Shown: positions 17,127 to 25,156 of the stretch, piece after piece
Layout: the number at the start of each line of letters is the position of its first letter
Position numbering within the stretch: the first letter of the stretch is position 1
Origin: a virus
DNA length: 62,982 bases
IMG/VR virus record: IMGVR_UViG_3300017978_000296
Location: 1-62,982 of that record
Direction: 5' to 3' (one strand)
Notes under the pieces: generated by a model
The model's input: only the letters and a program-made list of their open reading frames with translations
Told to the model about the DNA's origin: nothing
The model's database searches: none
Position numbers and translations under genes: made by a program

Positions 17127-17483
17127 TTAGACAGCAGTTCGGAGCTGTCTAGTTGTCTGTCTAATTACCCCATGAACGTAAGTTGTTGATTTGTATAGAC
17201 ATTTCCAATTTATTTTTATGTAATTAGACAATTAGACAATTAGACAGCTTTTTAGAGGGTCAGAGACCTTTGGCGCGTGTGCGTGACGGCGAGTACCAAA
17301 AGACCGCCCAACATCTAACACTCCCAAAAAGGCTCTGACCCAAAACCACTCTGTCTAATTACCTGCCTAAAATTTAGGCAGTCCCCGCCAGCCCAGTATC
17401 CATGCGGGTTCCAGCCCACATACACACGCAAAAACAACTAGACAGCCCGTTTGCCTAATTACCGGGACACTCTGTCTAATTAC
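17123..17483. repeat. AT-rich array of CTGTCTAATTAC / GTAATTAGACAG motifs (iterons or operators)
   Basis: Forward copies lie at 17157-17168, 17351-17362 and 17472-17483, with a variant at 17452-17462. Reverse copies lie at 17123-17134 and 17220-17247 (three tandem AATTAGACA units). A 19-nt palindrome CTGCCTAAA-A-TTTAGGCAG lies at 17363-17381. Confidence 0.75.
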
Positions 17484-17546
17484 CCGTATGTAGTACTTAA
17501 GTTACGGACATACACACCTCAATCATTCAACACATCGGAGACCTCA

Positions 17547-17723
17547 ATGTCCCTCATGTACCTGCATCTGCGCCCCGCGCACCGCCAAGACCAGCCGTTC
17601 GATGACATGGACGACGACTATCTGCTGGCAGTGGACACCCACAGCACTCATCAATTCGCCAACACCGAGCCCGACCTGCACGACCTCATCATGGACACCT
17701 ACAACAAACTGGGGCTGGCATGA
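17547..17723 (+). CDS. Small acidic early protein, 58 aa
   Basis: Track ORF trimmed to ATG 17547 with a GGAGA RBS. Confidence 0.6.
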   Translation: MSLMYLHLRPAHRQDQPFDDMDDDYLLAVDTHSTHQFANTEPDLHDLIMDTYNKLGLA

Positions 17724-17926
17724 ACACCCAACACCTCACACAACAACCATCCATCACGGTCGAAATCCGAGACGTGTATGGCAACCCCACCGTGTACCCC
17801 ATGGACGAAGCCGCCCGGTTGTTCGCAGACATTGCGGGCACCACCACGCTCACCAGCGCGACCATCAAGCGCATCAAAGCCCTTGGATACCACATCAACG
17901 TCACACAACGAAAGATCGAGATATGA
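17720..17926 (+). CDS. Hypothetical early protein, 68 aa
   Basis: Track ORF with ATGA coupling. Confidence 0.65.
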   Translation: MNTQHLTQQPSITVEIRDVYGNPTVYPMDEAARLFADIAGTTTLTSATIKRIKALGYHINVTQRKIEI

Positions 17927-18144
17927 CATGGATAACCGTCGAAGTAGACGTTGACCTCAGTGAGTTCGACGACAGCGCCATCGAGGAGGAATACAACGAC
18001 CGCGGGCTTGGCGACCAGCCGTCCGAGTCCGAGGACCGTGAGGAACTCATGGCCATACGCCAGCTCGTGCTGGCCGACAAACGCGACGAAGCCTACCGCC
18101 GCATGTATGACTACATCCGCAACCGCTTGGGGACAGCCATATGA
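17923..18144 (+). CDS. Small highly acidic early protein, 73 aa
   Basis: Internal ATG of track ORF 17602..18144, with ATGA coupling. Begins MTWITVEVDVDLSEFDDSAIEEEYND. Confidence 0.65.
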   Translation: MTWITVEVDVDLSEFDDSAIEEEYNDRGLGDQPSESEDREELMAIRQLVLADKRDEAYRRMYDYIRNRLGTAI

Positions 18145-18248
18145 AAGACCTACCCCAATGGATACAAGGCTGCTGGCACTTCTGCGCCTTCACGGGCCTG
18201 GCGTTCTGGTCCAACGTGCTCCTGAAGTTAATGGAGGCTTACGCATGA
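18141..18248 (+). CDS. Small membrane peptide, 35 aa
   Basis: Own translation: MKDLPQWIQGCWHFCAFTGLAFWSNVLLKLMEAYA. ATGA-coupled at both ends. Confidence 0.4.
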   Translation: MKDLPQWIQGCWHFCAFTGLAFWSNVLLKLMEAYA

Positions 18249-18475
18249 CCAAATACAAACCCGGCGACACCTTCCGATGGGATGCGTTCGAGGTCGTGGC
18301 GCGGCATGACAACGACAACGGGTGCGATCACTGCATAGGCAAGCTGCACACCGACATATGCGACGCCCTGCCTGGCGGGTGCAACGACGACGAGATCATA
18401 TGGGCCCCACTCAACGACACGGCCAGCCTCATGGTCGTCACACTCAAACTGGAAGGCAAGCCCATCTATGACTAG
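18245..18475 (+). CDS. Hypothetical Cys-containing protein, 76 aa
   Basis: Track ORF 17951..18475 trimmed to ATG 18245 with a GGAGG RBS. Confidence 0.6.
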   Translation: MTKYKPGDTFRWDAFEVVARHDNDNGCDHCIGKLHTDICDALPGGCNDDEIIWAPLNDTASLMVVTLKLEGKPIYD

Positions 18476-18589
18476 ACACACCCAACGTGGCAGCGTCCCA
18501 TCCGTATGGCAGGACGACGGGTTCGGGACACTGCAACGAATCACATTCGCACAACTGATCGCCCGCATCACCTCAGGGTGGCGTGAGCT

Positions 18590-18796
18590 ATGAGCACAAA
18601 CCTGTACCAGGCAAGGAGCAAGGCACTGCACGCCATCGCAGTGATGCAGTGGATGAACATGTCCGAGAAGGACCGCATCCTCGAGCTGGTCCGCTTCATC
18701 CGAGAAGACTTGGAGAGCCTCGACATGTCAGACCAAGAGCTGCTGTTGCTGCTCTACCCACCCGACCAACCACCTAAACCCAAGGAGACCAAATGA
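18590..18796 (+). CDS. Hypothetical protein, 68 aa
   Basis: Track ORF. Confidence 0.6.
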   Translation: MSTNLYQARSKALHAIAVMQWMNMSEKDRILELVRFIREDLESLDMSDQELLLLLYPPDQPPKPKETK

Positions 18797-18876
18797 ACAT
18801 CGCATCCCGCGTAATTTTCGTGTCAGCACTCATCGGCGTCCTGCTCATGGACCTGCTCGTCTGGAGGCCTGGATGA
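18793..18876 (+). CDS. Small TM peptide, 27 aa
   Basis: Own translation: MNIASRVIFVSALIGVLLMDLLVWRPG. AAGGAGA RBS; ATGA-coupled to the next gene. Confidence 0.35.
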   Translation: MNIASRVIFVSALIGVLLMDLLVWRPG

Positions 18877-19112
18877 GATGGGATGACGAATTCAAAGGTG
18901 GCCACGAATGCTACACATGGCACGACCTGCTGACTGGCGAAGGCACTGACAAAGACAAGCTGCTTGGCTACGTCAGGAGCAACCTCACCAACGGCGAGTT
19001 CCTGGCGTGCATCAACGACATGCGCAGCGACACCAAGAAGTTCAACAACCTCGAGGACGCCAAGGCCCACATCGTTGCGTACTACGTGACGCAGAAGCTG
19101 GAGGGCGCATGA
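18873..19112 (+). CDS. Small protein, 79 aa, member of the C-terminal F.[ST].[DE][DE]A..[WYH][VI] paralogue set
   Basis: Track ORF. The C-terminal segment is KKFNNLEDAKAHIVAYY. Confidence 0.65.
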   Translation: MRWDDEFKGGHECYTWHDLLTGEGTDKDKLLGYVRSNLTNGEFLACINDMRSDTKKFNNLEDAKAHIVAYYVTQKLEGA

Positions 19113-19507
19113 ACAGACCCTACGGCAAGGTCCTCACCGGTCACACTCGCCCCTACGGGTCGATGGTCGGCATCACATCCGAGCTCAAGTCAGCCATCTA
19201 CTACGAGGGCTACGCCAGAGACGAGGACATGCCCGAGCTGCCGCGACCGCCAAGGGACGAGCCACCGGACTTCGTGCGCGAGCTCGAGGACCGCATCGAC
19301 GCAGCACGCCTGTGCGAACTGCTGGCCAACAACTTGCAGCACAAGCGCCACTACCCCGTGATGTACATGGTCGAAGGGTTGGACATGACGCTGGACCGGG
19401 TGGGTGACATCTACGGTGTGACCAGGGAGCGCATCAGGCAGGTCAACCGCCAAGCACTGCGCGAATCACGCAGGCTGCTGATACGGACCAGAGCGAGGTT
19501 GAAATGA
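19109..19507 (+). CDS. Sigma-70 region-4-like HTH protein, 132 aa
   Basis: Internal ATG of track ORF 19007..19507. The sequence LDRVGDIYGVTRERIRQVNRQALRESRRLL matches the sigma region 4.2 pattern. Confidence 0.65.
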   Translation: MNRPYGKVLTGHTRPYGSMVGITSELKSAIYYEGYARDEDMPELPRPPRDEPPDFVRELEDRIDAARLCELLANNLQHKRHYPVMYMVEGLDMTLDRVGDIYGVTRERIRQVNRQALRESRRLLIRTRARLK

Positions 19508-19785
19508 ACTTCGTCTGGATGAACAGCGGCGCAGGGTACCACCGATGCACCAGTGACAGACCAGTGACGATCAAGGCACGCGACTTCGGCGGCCTCGACG
19601 TGCACGACGCACGCATCACAGACATGGGCTACATCCTGCCAAGGGATGGTCGGCTCATGGCCTGCATCTACGGAAGCGTGAACCCGGACTCCCCGGGCAA
19701 GTTCTTCGACAACATCGACGAGGCCAAGCGCTACGTCGAGGAGCAAGCGCTGTTAGGGTTAACCCTGAACAAGCTAACGCGATAA
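19504..19785 (+). CDS. Small protein, 93 aa, paralogue-set member
   Basis: Track ORF. The C-terminal segment is KFFDNIDEAKRYVEEQ. Confidence 0.65.
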   Translation: MNFVWMNSGAGYHRCTSDRPVTIKARDFGGLDVHDARITDMGYILPRDGRLMACIYGSVNPDSPGKFFDNIDEAKRYVEEQALLGLTLNKLTR

Positions 19786-19913
19786 CGTTGTGTCCCGCAG
19801 GCGACACACTAACTAACACATCATTGCTACCCTAACGATCTGTCGTGAGTCGTTAGGGGCGGGCACCCTATCACGCACCAACTCATTAACACAATCATTC
19901 ACAAGGAATCATC

Positions 19914-20906
19914 ATGCGTTACAGCAACATCAAGACGTCCATCGTCGAGCAGTTCAAGGCCCCCCATGGCAACAAGGTCGTGCCGTTCATCCTGGGTGCG
20001 CCCGGCGGTGGCAAGTCGGCATGTGCCCGTGACATCGTGGCCGAGCTGGGCGTCGATACCGTGGTCGAGTTCACCGCGTCACTGCGTGACCCCGTCGACG
20101 TGCTGGGCACCCCCAACAACACCGGCGAGTACACCCGCTGGGTTCCGCCCGAGGAGTTCTACAACCTGCGCTCCGGTCGTGCAGCACTCATTCTCGAGGA
20201 GCTGTCGGACGCGCCCATCCCCATGCAGAACGCGCTGTGCGGTGTCATCTACGACCGCCGTGCGGGCAACCTGCAACTCTCCCCTGACCTGTTCATCATC
20301 GCCACGGGCAACCGCACCGAGGACAAGTCCGGTGCCAACCGCATCACGTCCAAGCTGGCCAACCGCACCCGGCGCTTCGACTTCCAAGAGAACATCGACG
20401 ACTGGACCGAGTGGGCGCTCGACAACGACATGGACCCCGTGCTCATCCAGTTCCTGCGCTTCCGTCCCGGCCTGCTGTCCGACTTCGACTCCAACCGCTT
20501 CGCCAACCCCACGCCTCGTGCATGGGAGCGCGTCAACCTCATCCCCTCGTCGCTCGACTCCGGCCTGTTCTTCGACAACGTGGCTGGCGAGGTCGGTGAG
20601 GGTGCAGCCGCCGAGTACACCGGGTTCCGCCGCATCTACATGTCGCTGCCCGACGTTGACTCCATCCTGCTCGACCCGGCAGGTGCCGACGTGCCGCAAG
20701 ACCCCGCGACGCTGTACGCCCTGACCGGTGCGCTGGCTCGCAAGTCCACCAAGGACAACTTCGACCGCGTGTCCAAGTACCTGGGCCGCATGTCGCCAGA
20801 GTTCAACGTCATGGCCACCAAGGACGCGATCAAGTTGCAGCCGACCATCAAGCACTCACGCGCCTTCGTCGAGTGGGCAAGCAAGAACGCTGAGGTGCTG
20901 ATGTGA
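19914..20906 (+). CDS. MoxR/CbbQ-like AAA+ ATPase, 330 aa
   Basis: Track ORF. Walker A is GAPGGGKS and Walker B is ALILEELSD. The same leader as the gene at 16480 precedes it. Confidence 0.85.
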   Translation: MRYSNIKTSIVEQFKAPHGNKVVPFILGAPGGGKSACARDIVAELGVDTVVEFTASLRDPVDVLGTPNNTGEYTRWVPPEEFYNLRSGRAALILEELSDAPIPMQNALCGVIYDRRAGNLQLSPDLFIIATGNRTEDKSGANRITSKLANRTRRFDFQENIDDWTEWALDNDMDPVLIQFLRFRPGLLSDFDSNRFANPTPRAWERVNLIPSSLDSGLFFDNVAGEVGEGAAAEYTGFRRIYMSLPDVDSILLDPAGADVPQDPATLYALTGALARKSTKDNFDRVSKYLGRMSPEFNVMATKDAIKLQPTIKHSRAFVEWASKNAEVLM

Positions 20907-21175
20907 GCGTCACGTACGGCAAGCCGTACCTGATGGGCCAAGGCAAGAACTTCTCGGAGTACTACCAACAGGTGTTCGTCGATGGGAAGTACATGCGCAC
21001 CGAAGCCGTGGCACGTATCAGGCGCATCAAGTCCAAGGCGGGGGTCGGCAAGCCCATGCACAACCAGTACTACTACAAGGTAACTGACGCATGGTGGGCA
21101 ACTGGGCCGTCACCCCTGTTCACATCCCACGACGAGGCGCTTAACTGGCTCATCGCAACGAAGGCACTGGGATGA
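20903..21175 (+). CDS. Small protein, 90 aa, paralogue-set member
   Basis: Track ORF with ATGA coupling. The C-terminal segment is LFTSHDEALNWLIA. Confidence 0.65.
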   Translation: MSVTYGKPYLMGQGKNFSEYYQQVFVDGKYMRTEAVARIRRIKSKAGVGKPMHNQYYYKVTDAWWATGPSPLFTSHDEALNWLIATKALG

Positions 21176-21468
21176 GCTACGCCTACTCCAACTACAGATG
21201 GGAGAGACCCGGTCGCAAGGGTGACCGGTACTACTACAAGCGCGATGTGCTCTGGTCATACAACCCGACCCGCAAACCCGAAGAGCAGTTGCTGGCTACC
21301 GTCACCTACGACGCGGACTCCAAGTCACCGTACTGGGGCAAGTGGCACGTCAACATCGGCGCTCAGTCACCTGAGCTCTACGCACTGCGCGTGTCTGACA
21401 TACCCAAGTTCAGCAGCAAGGACGACGCCATCGCATGGGTGACAGCAATGGTGAGGCTAAGCATATGA
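21172..21468 (+). CDS. Small protein, 98 aa, paralogue-set member
   Basis: Track ORF with ATGA coupling. The C-terminal segment is KFSSKDDAIAWVTA. Confidence 0.65.
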   Translation: MSYAYSNYRWERPGRKGDRYYYKRDVLWSYNPTRKPEEQLLATVTYDADSKSPYWGKWHVNIGAQSPELYALRVSDIPKFSSKDDAIAWVTAMVRLSI

Positions 21469-21749
21469 GCTACGTCTGGGAAGAGGAGTTGATGCCCCTC
21501 TACCAATTCGGCGACGAGACGAAGTGGCAGGTACAGCACCACCTCAAGAAGGTCTGGGACAAGGACCCCTTGGAGAAGCAGTTCGCCAACCCACTGCGCG
21601 GCGTATGGAAAGTCACCGTGGCATGGGTCACCAAGATCGGCGACCGCAAGTGGGACTGCCAATTCGTCAATCACAACGGGAGCCGGACGTTCCGCTCCCT
21701 GAAAGCAGCCAAGGCGTACGCCGTGGCAATCATCACACTGGAGAACTAA
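21465..21749 (+). CDS. Small protein, 94 aa, paralogue-set member
   Basis: Track ORF trimmed to ATG 21465 (ATGA coupling). The C-terminal segment is TFRSLKAAKAYAVAIITLEN. Confidence 0.6.
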   Translation: MSYVWEEELMPLYQFGDETKWQVQHHLKKVWDKDPLEKQFANPLRGVWKVTVAWVTKIGDRKWDCQFVNHNGSRTFRSLKAAKAYAVAIITLEN

Positions 21750-21751
21750 TC

Positions 21752-22630
21752 ATGCTCACACGCGTCAACAAACTCTCTGACAAGGCACTCCTCGTCAAGC
21801 TCACCATCAAACGCGCAGCACTCACCAAGCGCGACCACTGGCTGACGTCCAAGATTCAAGCCCAAGAGGGTGACCAGTCGCTCACGGTGCTGACCAAGCT
21901 GTTCCGTGACAAGGCATCACCCATTAACCAGATCATGCAGTCGGTCAACGAGGTGTACGCCTACCACCGCAAGCACACCCTGCCCTACGTGGACGCCGGT
22001 CCCCGCATCCTGCCCAACGACCTGTACATGGACTACACCGCGGAGATGAAGCACCGCATCGCCAAGGTGGACAACCTGCTGGCCAACTACATGCCGCACT
22101 ACGACGACCTGGTCAACGAGGACGTGATGTATCGCAACGCAGGCCATGCCGCTGGGCGAGCCAACGCATCCGAGTACCCCAGTGCTGAGTCCTTCCGGCA
22201 GTCGGTGTCCGTCGAGTTCAGGTTCAGCCCCATGCCCGACTCGCGCCACTTCCTGTTCGACCTGTCCGACGAGGACCTCAAGTCCTTCGAGGAGGCCGAG
22301 CAAGAGGCCATGGCTACAGCCAACACAGACACCATCCAGCGAATGATGAAGCCCCTCGCCTCGCTCGTGTCCCGGCTCAAGGAATACCAAGGCCAGAAGG
22401 GCGAGCGCTTCCACAACGGCCTGATCGAGAACGTCATCGAGGGTTGCGACCTGGCCCTGCGCTTGGCCATCAGCCCGCCGCAGGAGCTGCGTGACCAGAT
22501 CAACGAGCTGCGCACCACTGCCAAGGCCTGCCTCGACGACGTCGAGATCATCAAGGGTTCGGCCAACAAGCGCGACGAGGCCAAGCGCCGACTCGAGGAA
22601 GTGGCAGCCCGCATGGGAGCGTTCGCATGA
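21752..22630 (+). CDS. Hypothetical protein, 292 aa
   Basis: Track ORF 21524..22630 trimmed to ATG 21752 with a GGAGAA RBS. Confidence 0.75.
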   Translation: MLTRVNKLSDKALLVKLTIKRAALTKRDHWLTSKIQAQEGDQSLTVLTKLFRDKASPINQIMQSVNEVYAYHRKHTLPYVDAGPRILPNDLYMDYTAEMKHRIAKVDNLLANYMPHYDDLVNEDVMYRNAGHAAGRANASEYPSAESFRQSVSVEFRFSPMPDSRHFLFDLSDEDLKSFEEAEQEAMATANTDTIQRMMKPLASLVSRLKEYQGQKGERFHNGLIENVIEGCDLALRLAISPPQELRDQINELRTTAKACLDDVEIIKGSANKRDEAKRRLEEVAARMGAFA

Positions 22631-22956
22631 AGACCAGTGAACTGACAGGCGCTGCCCTTGATTGGGCGGTGGAGAAGTGCGAGAAGCTCGGCAGAGACTT
22701 TATGTTCAAACCATCAACCAACTGGTCGCATGGTGGGCCGATCATTGAGCGTGAGGGTTTGGGCGTATCGCAGTACAACAACATTCCAGACAGACCAGAG
22801 AACCGATGGCTGTGCATGAAGTATGAAACCGGAATGCTTGTTGGAAACAGCAAGTCCCTGTTCGCTTACGGCCCAACACCCTTGATCGCAGCCATGCGCT
22901 GCTACGTGGCCAGCAAGTTGGGTGATGAAGTGGAGGTACCCGATGATGTTCACTGA
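22627..22956 (+). CDS. NinX/DUF2591-like protein, 109 aa
   Basis: Track ORF. The N terminus MKTSELTGAALDWAVEKCE is typical of that family (recognised from memory). Confidence 0.65.
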   Translation: MKTSELTGAALDWAVEKCEKLGRDFMFKPSTNWSHGGPIIEREGLGVSQYNNIPDRPENRWLCMKYETGMLVGNSKSLFAYGPTPLIAAMRCYVASKLGDEVEVPDDVH

Positions 22957-23152
22957 GCTCGAGTACGTGCTCCTGCTGGCCTGTGCGGTGTTGCTGTGGA
23001 GGGCATCCGCACTGCGCCGCGCTCTCGACCGAGAGAGTGCCAGGGCCAACCGCTACGCCGACAACCTCATCCTCATCTACGAAGGCAAAGGCAGCGTCGT
23101 GAAGGACGACGAAGGCCGATACATGTTCAAACACAAGGAAACCAATCAATGA
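22943..23152 (+). CDS. Small N-terminal-TM protein, 69 aa
   Basis: Track ORF trimmed to ATG 22943 with a GGAGG RBS. Confidence 0.55.
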   Translation: MMFTELEYVLLLACAVLLWRASALRRALDRESARANRYADNLILIYEGKGSVVKDDEGRYMFKHKETNQ

Positions 23153-23694
23153 CAACACACTCACACTGGCGCATCGCAGCACTGGCCAAGACCATGGCCA
23201 TGAAGTGCACCGTCGAGCTCAACCCCGAGCACATCACCAAGCGGGTCAAGACCAGCATCAAGAAGCAACTGCGTTCGGGACGCATCACTGGCGGCTATCG
23301 GTCACAGGCGGCAAGCATCGCCGATGAGATCGTCAAGAAGTTCGAGCTGCCTGTGTCCCGCGATAGCTGGAGTGGCGTGCGTCTGTCGAACGTGTGCTAC
23401 GAGGCCAAGTTGCGAGTGTGTGAGCTCTTCGAGGCTGACTGGGCGGCGGAGTTGCTCGAGCGCCCACACCTGGCCGCGCACCGGTACTACAGGGAGCGGT
23501 ACGAGGAGACCATGGACAACCTCAGTCGCCACACAAGCAACGACTTCTACGTTGGGTTCAATGACAAGACGCTCGCCGATCAAGCGCGTGCAGTCTTGGC
23601 CGAGTACATCACTGACGCAGACAAGCAACGCATCGAGGACGTCATCCGACTGCTCGACACCGACCAACCCATTCACATCACCACATATCAATAA
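23149..23694 (+). CDS. Hypothetical protein, 181 aa
   Basis: Internal ATG of track ORF 22996..23694 with ATGA coupling. Confidence 0.7.
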   Translation: MTTHSHWRIAALAKTMAMKCTVELNPEHITKRVKTSIKKQLRSGRITGGYRSQAASIADEIVKKFELPVSRDSWSGVRLSNVCYEAKLRVCELFEADWAAELLERPHLAAHRYYRERYEETMDNLSRHTSNDFYVGFNDKTLADQARAVLAEYITDADKQRIEDVIRLLDTDQPIHITTYQ

Positions 23695-23703
23695 GGAATC
23701 AAC

Positions 23704-24825
23704 ATGGCAGTTACCAAACTCGACCGGGCCAAGGTGGCCATCGTCACCCAGCACCCGTTCTTCGCCTCCATCCTCATGAAGCGCAAGCTCATCGTGGACA
23801 ACACCATCCCCACTGCCGCCGTCGACCAGCGCGGCCAGATTTACTACAACGAGAAGTTCGTCGAGGGGCTGTCTGTCGACGAGCTCGTGTTCCTGCTGTG
23901 CCATGAGGTCGGCCACGTCATCGGTCAGCACGCACTGCGCCGCGGTGCACGTCACGCTCGCAAGTGGAACATCGCCGGTGACGCATGGATCAACGACATG
24001 CTCAAGGACGCAGGCATCGGCCAGTTCATCGAGGGTGGCGTCAACATGCCCGGCTCCAAGGACGAGACCGTGGACGTCATCTACAACAAGCTGCCCGACC
24101 AGCCTGACGGTGGTGGCGGCGGTGGACCCGGCGGTATCGGTGACGACCTGATCGAGCGCGGCTCAGCACTCACTCCCGAGGAGGCCGACCGCATCGACGC
24201 CGAGACCCGTGTCGAGATCGCCCAAGCAGCCCAGGCAGCCAAGGCCCAAGGCAAGATGCCCGGTGGCCTGGCCAAGATCGTCGCCGACCTGATCGACCCC
24301 GGCACGCCGTGGTACGAGATTCTCGAGCGCTACATGACCAGCATGACCCGCGGCGACTACTCGTGGGCACGACCCAACCGTCGCTTCCTGTCTCACGCAT
24401 ACCTGCCCTCCACCGGCAAGGTCGCCGAGATGGGTGAGATCGTCATCCAGGTCGACGTGTCCGGCTCCATCAGCAAGCTCGAGCTCGACCACTACAACGG
24501 CCACCTGCAACGCATCGTCTCGCAGTGCAACCCCGAGCGTGTGCACGTCTTGTACACCGACACTGCGGTGGCTAAGCACGAGGTCTTCGAGCAGGGTGAG
24601 GAAGTGGCCCTCACGTTCTACTGCGGCGGCGGCACTGACATGGAGGAAGGCTTCAACTACGTCGCCAAGGAAGGCATCGACCCCGAGATGTTCATCTGCC
24701 TGACCGATGGGTACACCAGCTTCGATGCCGCTAACACCCCCGCCTACCCTGTCATCTGGTGTATTTCCAGTGACATCGAGGCCCCTTACGGGGAGAACGT
24801 GCACTTTACCTTGGAGCAGAAATGA
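23704..24825 (+). CDS. Putative metallopeptidase + VWA-like domain protein (DUF2201-type), 373 aa
   Basis: Track ORF. HExxH lies in LLCHEVGHVIGQH, and a MIDAS-like DxSxS lies in QVDVSGSIS. Confidence 0.8.
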   Translation: MAVTKLDRAKVAIVTQHPFFASILMKRKLIVDNTIPTAAVDQRGQIYYNEKFVEGLSVDELVFLLCHEVGHVIGQHALRRGARHARKWNIAGDAWINDMLKDAGIGQFIEGGVNMPGSKDETVDVIYNKLPDQPDGGGGGGPGGIGDDLIERGSALTPEEADRIDAETRVEIAQAAQAAKAQGKMPGGLAKIVADLIDPGTPWYEILERYMTSMTRGDYSWARPNRRFLSHAYLPSTGKVAEMGEIVIQVDVSGSISKLELDHYNGHLQRIVSQCNPERVHVLYTDTAVAKHEVFEQGEEVALTFYCGGGTDMEEGFNYVAKEGIDPEMFICLTDGYTSFDAANTPAYPVIWCISSDIEAPYGENVHFTLEQK

Positions 24826-24980
24826 ACCCATCCACCAAACTCACCGACGACTTCGACCGCCTCATGGACAGCTACGCGCAGTTGTTCAAGCTGGCGCACG
24901 ACGCGTTAGGTCCAGGCAAAACGCAAGAGGAACGCAATGTCGTCAGAGCAGCGCTCAAAGACTACCTCGACAAGAAGTGA
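24822..24980 (+). CDS. Small helical protein, 52 aa
   Basis: Own translation: MNPSTKLTDDFDRLMDSYAQLFKLAHDALGPGKTQEERNVVRAALKDYLDKK. ATGA coupling. Confidence 0.5.
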   Translation: MNPSTKLTDDFDRLMDSYAQLFKLAHDALGPGKTQEERNVVRAALKDYLDKK

Positions 24981-24990
24981 CTACGGGTTG

Positions 24991-25152
24991 ATGGATGAGG
25001 TTCACTTCACCATCAACCACAACAAGCACGGTTGGTTCATCACGGAGATAAGTCCCCGAGGTATGCCGACCATGACACACGGTCCGTTCAAGGACCCGAT
25101 CAACCGACTGGACGCAATGTCCATCCTCATCGCAATCACTAAACTGGATTAA
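24991..25152 (+). CDS. Small protein, 53 aa, possible paralogue-set member
   Basis: Track ORF 24937..25152 trimmed to ATG 24991. The start choice is uncertain. Confidence 0.4.
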   Translation: MDEVHFTINHNKHGWFITEISPRGMPTMTHGPFKDPINRLDAMSILIAITKLD

Positions 25153-25156
25153 CACC

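Noticed and set aside
17123-17483. Possible CRISPR array
   Set aside because: The repeats are only ~12 nt, occur in both orientations, have irregular spacing and include tandem units. There are no cas genes. The pattern fits iterons or operators instead.
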